DNA of 64,000 nucleotides from Gammaproteobacteria bacterium (GTDB lineage: Bacteria; Pseudomonadota; Gammaproteobacteria; SZUA-140). Shown here piece by piece: positions 60,200 to 64,000 of this stretch (position 1 is the first letter of the stretch; each line of letters starts with the position of its first letter). Position numbers and translations under genes: made by a program. Below the pieces are notes generated by a model. It searched no databases. It was not told where the DNA came from and saw only the letters and a list, made by a program, of their open reading frames with translations. The DNA is taken from assembly GCA_026982565.1 (NCBI GenBank), contig JALSGV010000044.1, positions 8,506 to 72,505 on the forward strand, read 5' to 3'.

Positions 60200-61474
60200 T
60201 CACTTTCCACGGCAAGCTTCCCGGTAACGATTCTCCACCAGGTCGGCAATTTTTTCATAGCTGCGCTGCCCGAGTACATATGCCCTTCCCCTTTCCCCCA
60301 TTTCCTCGGCCTCACCAGGGTTTTCCAGAAGCTCAACAACAGCCCTGGCAAAAGCCGCCTCATCATAGGCGACACAAACACCGCCCCGGCTTTCACGCAG
60401 GACCATTTCCTGCTCGGGGTGGTCATTAGCCACCACGGGCCGGCCCAGCGCCATATATTCAACCACCTTGGTTGGAGAAGTGGAATTCAGAATTGGCGTT
60501 GGATAGAAGGGCGACACACAGACTTTCGCGCCCCGCACGTATTTCAATGCATCCTTCTGCGGAAGAAACCCGGTAATCACCACCGCATCTTCCATGTTCA
60601 AGCGCCTGGCCTCATTCCTGATGACAGCCGTGTCTTCCGGGTCCTCTCCATCGCCAACCAGGTACAGCCTTGCCCCTGGCCGCGACTTAGTTACAAGCGC
60701 CATCACCCTGACCAGAAAATCAATCCTTCTTTCCCTGATGAGCGTACCCAGATATACGACTCTCTCCTCGGAGTCCTGCGTCACGCAGGCATCCTCCTCC
60801 CTTACCAGCCCGGAGATTTTCTTCATGCTGACGCCCATGGGAACCGCGGTCAGTTTGCTTTCTGCAATCCCTTCCCTGGCAACATCCCTCTTCATCTGTT
60901 CACTCTGCACGAAAACCTCATCGGCAAAGGGCATGATGACTTTATAGAGCAGAAACTTGAACATCATACCGCGAAAGCGGTAGAACACGGGATAGCGGGC
61001 CGAGCCTTCCTCAGCGGCATAGAGCGAGGCCTCAGGAAAAGGGTAGGACAACCAATAGAAGAAACGCGTGTCGTTCAGCTTTGCCGCCAGAATTCCAACC
61101 AGCGCCACGAGAAACTGGTCCTTGACCTGTATAAAATCATATTGATTCCCATGCGCCAGTTTCAACATCTTGAATGAATGAAAAAGATTATAAATGTGCT
61201 TTCTCAAACGGCAGAGCCGCGTCCCGCCATTATCGGTCCGCCCTACCCATACGCGGCCACCCTTCCATTGCGTACAATATGAACGCGCGCAGGTTTCCTC
61301 CGACTGCAGGATCCAGTCAATGCCGTGCCCCCTGGAAGCAAGCTCTTCACCAAACAGAACGGCAACATCCACCCGGAAAGGCGGAAACTTGTCCGCGGAG
61401 CAGAAAAGAAACTTCAGATTTCCCTTGTTTTCATTCATCGCAGCCAGATCTCCCGGATCGAAGGCCGGGTTCAT
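60200..61474 (-). CDS. glycosyltransferase family 4
   Basis: YLGTL, SPTKVVEYMALGRPVV. Confidence 0.9.
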   Translation of the reverse strand: MNPAFDPGDLAAMNENKGNLKFLFCSADKFPPFRVDVAVLFGEELASRGHGIDWILQSEETCARSYCTQWKGGRVWVGRTDNGGTRLCRLRKHIYNLFHSFKMLKLAHGNQYDFIQVKDQFLVALVGILAAKLNDTRFFYWLSYPFPEASLYAAEEGSARYPVFYRFRGMMFKFLLYKVIMPFADEVFVQSEQMKRDVAREGIAESKLTAVPMGVSMKKISGLVREEDACVTQDSEERVVYLGTLIRERRIDFLVRVMALVTKSRPGARLYLVGDGEDPEDTAVIRNEARRLNMEDAVVITGFLPQKDALKYVRGAKVCVSPFYPTPILNSTSPTKVVEYMALGRPVVANDHPEQEMVLRESRGGVCVAYDEAAFARAVVELLENPGEAEEMGERGRAYVLGQRSYEKIADLVENRYREACRGK

Positions 61475-62289
61475 GATTGGACCGGCAGAGCGGGAGAAAC
61501 AGACAACAAGGACCTGGCCTGCGTATAAACTGGCATACAGATATCGCTGACCATGTCATGCGCCCTCTGCGGCAACCGCTCCGCCTTTTTGATGCTTTTT
61601 TTATTGATCGGGCTGATATATTGCGACTTGAAAGGCAGGTCGATGAAATCATAGATCTGATCGAACAAGGCTGCGCTGTCAGAAACAAGCTCATCATAGT
61701 CGACAACCATGACGTCATCCCCAAGCTCCCTTTTAATTTCGAAAAGCTGCATGGTTTTCCCCTTGTAGGCCAGGCAGGCCCTGCGCGCCCGCCCGACCAT
61801 TATCAGACCAAGGCGTTCATAGCGTCTCTTTTCATCACCTTCGAGATACCCGGCGCCACAAGCCTCGAACAATTCATTGAGCGCGAAGCGGCTCCAGTTA
61901 TACAGCATGGAATGAATGACTGAATAGGGGTTTCTCAACACCCAGATCAGGCGAAATCCGCCCTTGTGCTGAAAATACTCATGAAAACACTCATTGAGAT
62001 AGGTTGTCTGGAAACAATAGCGGCCGGGGGCAATGGAAAACCCCTTTTTATTTCCAGAAAGAATAAGCGCCGCATCCAGCTCGTCGTCAGGGCCAGTCCA
62101 ATAGTCCACCATGCCTTCACTCTTGAAAATGATCCGGGCGAGCATGGTCGTTCCCGAACGCTGACAGCCGCTCACCAAAACGGCATTGGGAAAATCACCA
62201 AGATTTTTCAGGAGATGACACCCGCCAGACCTGACATGGCGCGCAAATTTCCGCCACGTACCTATTTCATGGCTCCCGTATCGCAACAT
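61471..62289 (-). CDS. sulfotransferase-family protein
   Basis: GCQRSGTT, LRNPYSVIHS, YDELV. Confidence 0.8.
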   Translation of the reverse strand: MLRYGSHEIGTWRKFARHVRSGGCHLLKNLGDFPNAVLVSGCQRSGTTMLARIIFKSEGMVDYWTGPDDELDAALILSGNKKGFSIAPGRYCFQTTYLNECFHEYFQHKGGFRLIWVLRNPYSVIHSMLYNWSRFALNELFEACGAGYLEGDEKRRYERLGLIMVGRARRACLAYKGKTMQLFEIKRELGDDVMVVDYDELVSDSAALFDQIYDFIDLPFKSQYISPINKKSIKKAERLPQRAHDMVSDICMPVYTQARSLLSVSPALPVQS

Positions 62290-62360
62290 GATGGCCTCGT
62301 CCCGCTCGTTACCGCTTCTTATTCGTATTCTGGAAGTAACTGCTCATGCCCCGTTTACCC

Positions 62361-62727
62361 GTCATTCCGGCTCAATTTTCACCCTGCGAGCACAAATCCC
62401 GAGAGCACCGAGATCTCTGCAGCTACTTGATTCTTAAGGAAGGCCTGATTAATCCGACAATCGTCATTCCCGCGCAGGCGGGAATCCAGGAAAATCAAAT
62501 AACTGGATCCCGGCCTTCGCCGGGATGACGAATTAATCAGACCTTCCTTAATAAGATACAGTGCCGCATTATGGCCATTCCCGCGCGGACGGGAATCCGG
62601 GAAAATCTATGGGTTCTGGATTCCTGCATCCGCAGGAATGACAGAACTCGGTACTCTCAAGTACAAATGAGCCGGAACCCCTGTCGGAAAAGCCGCTGGT
62701 CTCCCGCTTACGCCATGCGGGAATGAC
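62361..62727. repeat. cluster of nested palindromic GTCATTCCCGC..GCGGGAATCC repeats
   Basis: Paired units at 62463-62529 and 62575-62642, with outer inverted arms. Confidence 0.85.
62438..62547. mobile_element. 110-bp MITE with IS5-like ends and TTAA flanks
   Basis: TTAA-GGAAGGCCTGATTAAT...ATTAATCAGACCTTCC-TTAA (1 mismatch between arms). Confidence 0.7.
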
Positions 62728-62791
62728 GCATAGCAACTATCCCGCCATCTGAGGTGTGAGTCAGTCACCTCTGAAAGACGCATATTGCCTG

Positions 62792-63107
62792 TTAGGGGCC
62801 AAGGCGCTCTCGCCAGTAAGCTGGTTTCCTAGAATGATGAGCAATAGCGATTACTACTGTTTCAAGTTTGCCTTCGGTGACAACCAGGTCATACGGAAAT
62901 CGCTTGTGTATCAGCCGCTTTACACCTATGGCGCCGGATTTACCCGGCATTGGAGAGAGTGGGAGTATTTCTTCTTCTATCAAGTCAATAGCAATTTCCA
63001 CAGCACCGGCAAATTCTTTTCCAGGACCTTCACAGTTCCTTGTCATACCAGTCTGCCGCTGCTATCGCTTCTTCAGCGGCTTCCTGGAGTATCCTTGCCT
63101 TCCTCAC
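62792..63107 (-). pseudogene. RelE/ParE-family toxin, frameshifted
   Basis: MRKARILQEAAEEAIAAADWYDKEL* then EGPGKEF...RFPY...IAIAHHSRKPAYW in another frame. Confidence 0.8.
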
Positions 63108-63346
63108 TGCTGGTTCATGTATCGCGTTCGCATTTTCAGCCTAAATTCCTCCCGGTCAAGTAGTTTTGCCTGCCCTGAATCAATCAAAGAAATCCGGCGT
63201 AATATCTCATGGTCCCATGCATCCTCGACACCGCTCTCTCCAGGCTCATCCAAGCTGGCTATCAGGCCATGCGCTAACTCCGCACGTTCAGCCTCGGTGA
63301 GGTCCAGCACTTCGGTACGTATCCGCTCTAATGCTCCAGACGCCAT
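63104..63346 (-). CDS. putative addiction-module antitoxin component
   Basis: LTEAERAELAHGLIASLD...AWDHEILRR; overlaps the toxin start. Confidence 0.82.
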   Translation of the reverse strand: MASGALERIRTEVLDLTEAERAELAHGLIASLDEPGESGVEDAWDHEILRRISLIDSGQAKLLDREEFRLKMRTRYMNQQ

Positions 63347-63424
63347 AAGCCTCCAATATTTAGTATGGCTATTGTAGCCCCATATAGACCCCCTAACAAG
63401 GCGGACAAGTATGTATGTGTGTAG

Positions 63425-63460
63425 TTGACAGAAGATGACTGAACCCCTAAATTATTTAGG
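63425..63460 (+). promoter_or_regulatory. sigma70-like promoter TTGACA-N17-TAAATT with palindrome over the -10
   Basis: -35 at 63425, -10 at 63448, CCTAAAT-T-ATTTAGG at 63446-63460. Confidence 0.55.
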
Positions 63461-63494
63461 TGTAGCGACAACAATTGTCAAATTTGTGGTGCTT

Positions 63495-64000
63495 ATGAAA
63501 GTGCAGGACTTTTTCAATGAAAATCCGGTATTCCGGCATGAGGCCTTCGTGGCCTTTCTGGAAACCACCGGCTCGCGCCGGACGAAGACACGGGAGGCAC
63601 TGCTTGCCTATCACGTCAAGGAAGGGCACCTACTACGGCTCCGACGTGGCCTGTATGCCGTCGTTCCCCGGGGATTCAATCCCGAAGACTACCCGGTCGA
63701 TCCCTACCTGCTGGCAGGGCATCTCGCAAACGATGCTGTCCTGTCCCATCACAGCGCATTGCAATTTCACGGCAAGGCCTATTCTGTGCATCATCGGTTT
63801 ACATATCTAACCCGGAATACCCGACGGCCTTTCGTCTTTCGTGGGCAGGAATTCCTTGCTGTCCCATTTCCCAGGGTACTGTTGGCGCAACAGGCCGAAT
63901 TATTCGGGGTCACGGTTCAACGCCATGCCGGTGGGAATGTCCGAGTGACGAGTCTGGAGCGTACCCTGGTCGATGTGCTGGTGCGCCCTGATCTGGGTGG
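63495..64000 (+). CDS. AbiEi-family (type IV TA) antitoxin/regulator, partial
   Basis: Manual translation: MKVQDFFNENPVF...LRLRRGLY...LSHHSALQFHG...VTSLERTLVD; open to window end. Confidence 0.85.
   Translation, partial: MKVQDFFNENPVFRHEAFVAFLETTGSRRTKTREALLAYHVKEGHLLRLRRGLYAVVPRGFNPEDYPVDPYLLAGHLANDAVLSHHSALQFHGKAYSVHHRFTYLTRNTRRPFVFRGQEFLAVPFPRVLLAQQAELFGVTVQRHAGGNVRVTSLERTLVDVLVRPDLG

Noticed and set aside
63517..63810. 97-aa ORF in the track
   Set aside because: Wrong frame; the real gene starts at 63495 and runs off the window

Overview
GC-rich gammaproteobacterial chromosome (inferred from the gloA-argG, pyrC-rnt and grxD-sodB-argD-argF gene set). Core genes include a pyruvate/2-oxoacid dehydrogenase operon with an E2-E3 fusion. 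Two accessory blocks interrupt the core. (1) A ~19.8 kb defence island between the convergent rnt and grxD genes, bracketed by inverted IS-end/REP-like repeats. It holds a transposon remnant, a lexA fragment, TcmP-DUF5131-TcmP, an SNF2 / small ORF / ATPase-HEPN / AIPR / type III Mod-Res operon, an AAA-DUF4143 gene preceded by four 23-bp-period repeats, an EamA transporter with a candidate Trp-Trp leader peptide, and an hsdR remnant. (2) A surface-polysaccharide region (Wzz, Wza/SLBB, YjbH, GT4s, sulfotransferases) enclosing a five-gene NRPS-type cluster: oxalate-CoA-ligase-like A-T didomain, Oxc/HACL-like ThDP enzyme carrying an NRPS-type docking peptide, ICL/PEP-mutase-superfamily C-C lyase, C-A-T-TE NRPS and PPTase. 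That cluster is the best candidate for an undescribed system: an oxalate-fed, carrier-bound oxalyl/formyl starter pathway. TA modules and MITE/REP clusters also occur. All calls come from motif recognition by eye; no database searches were run.
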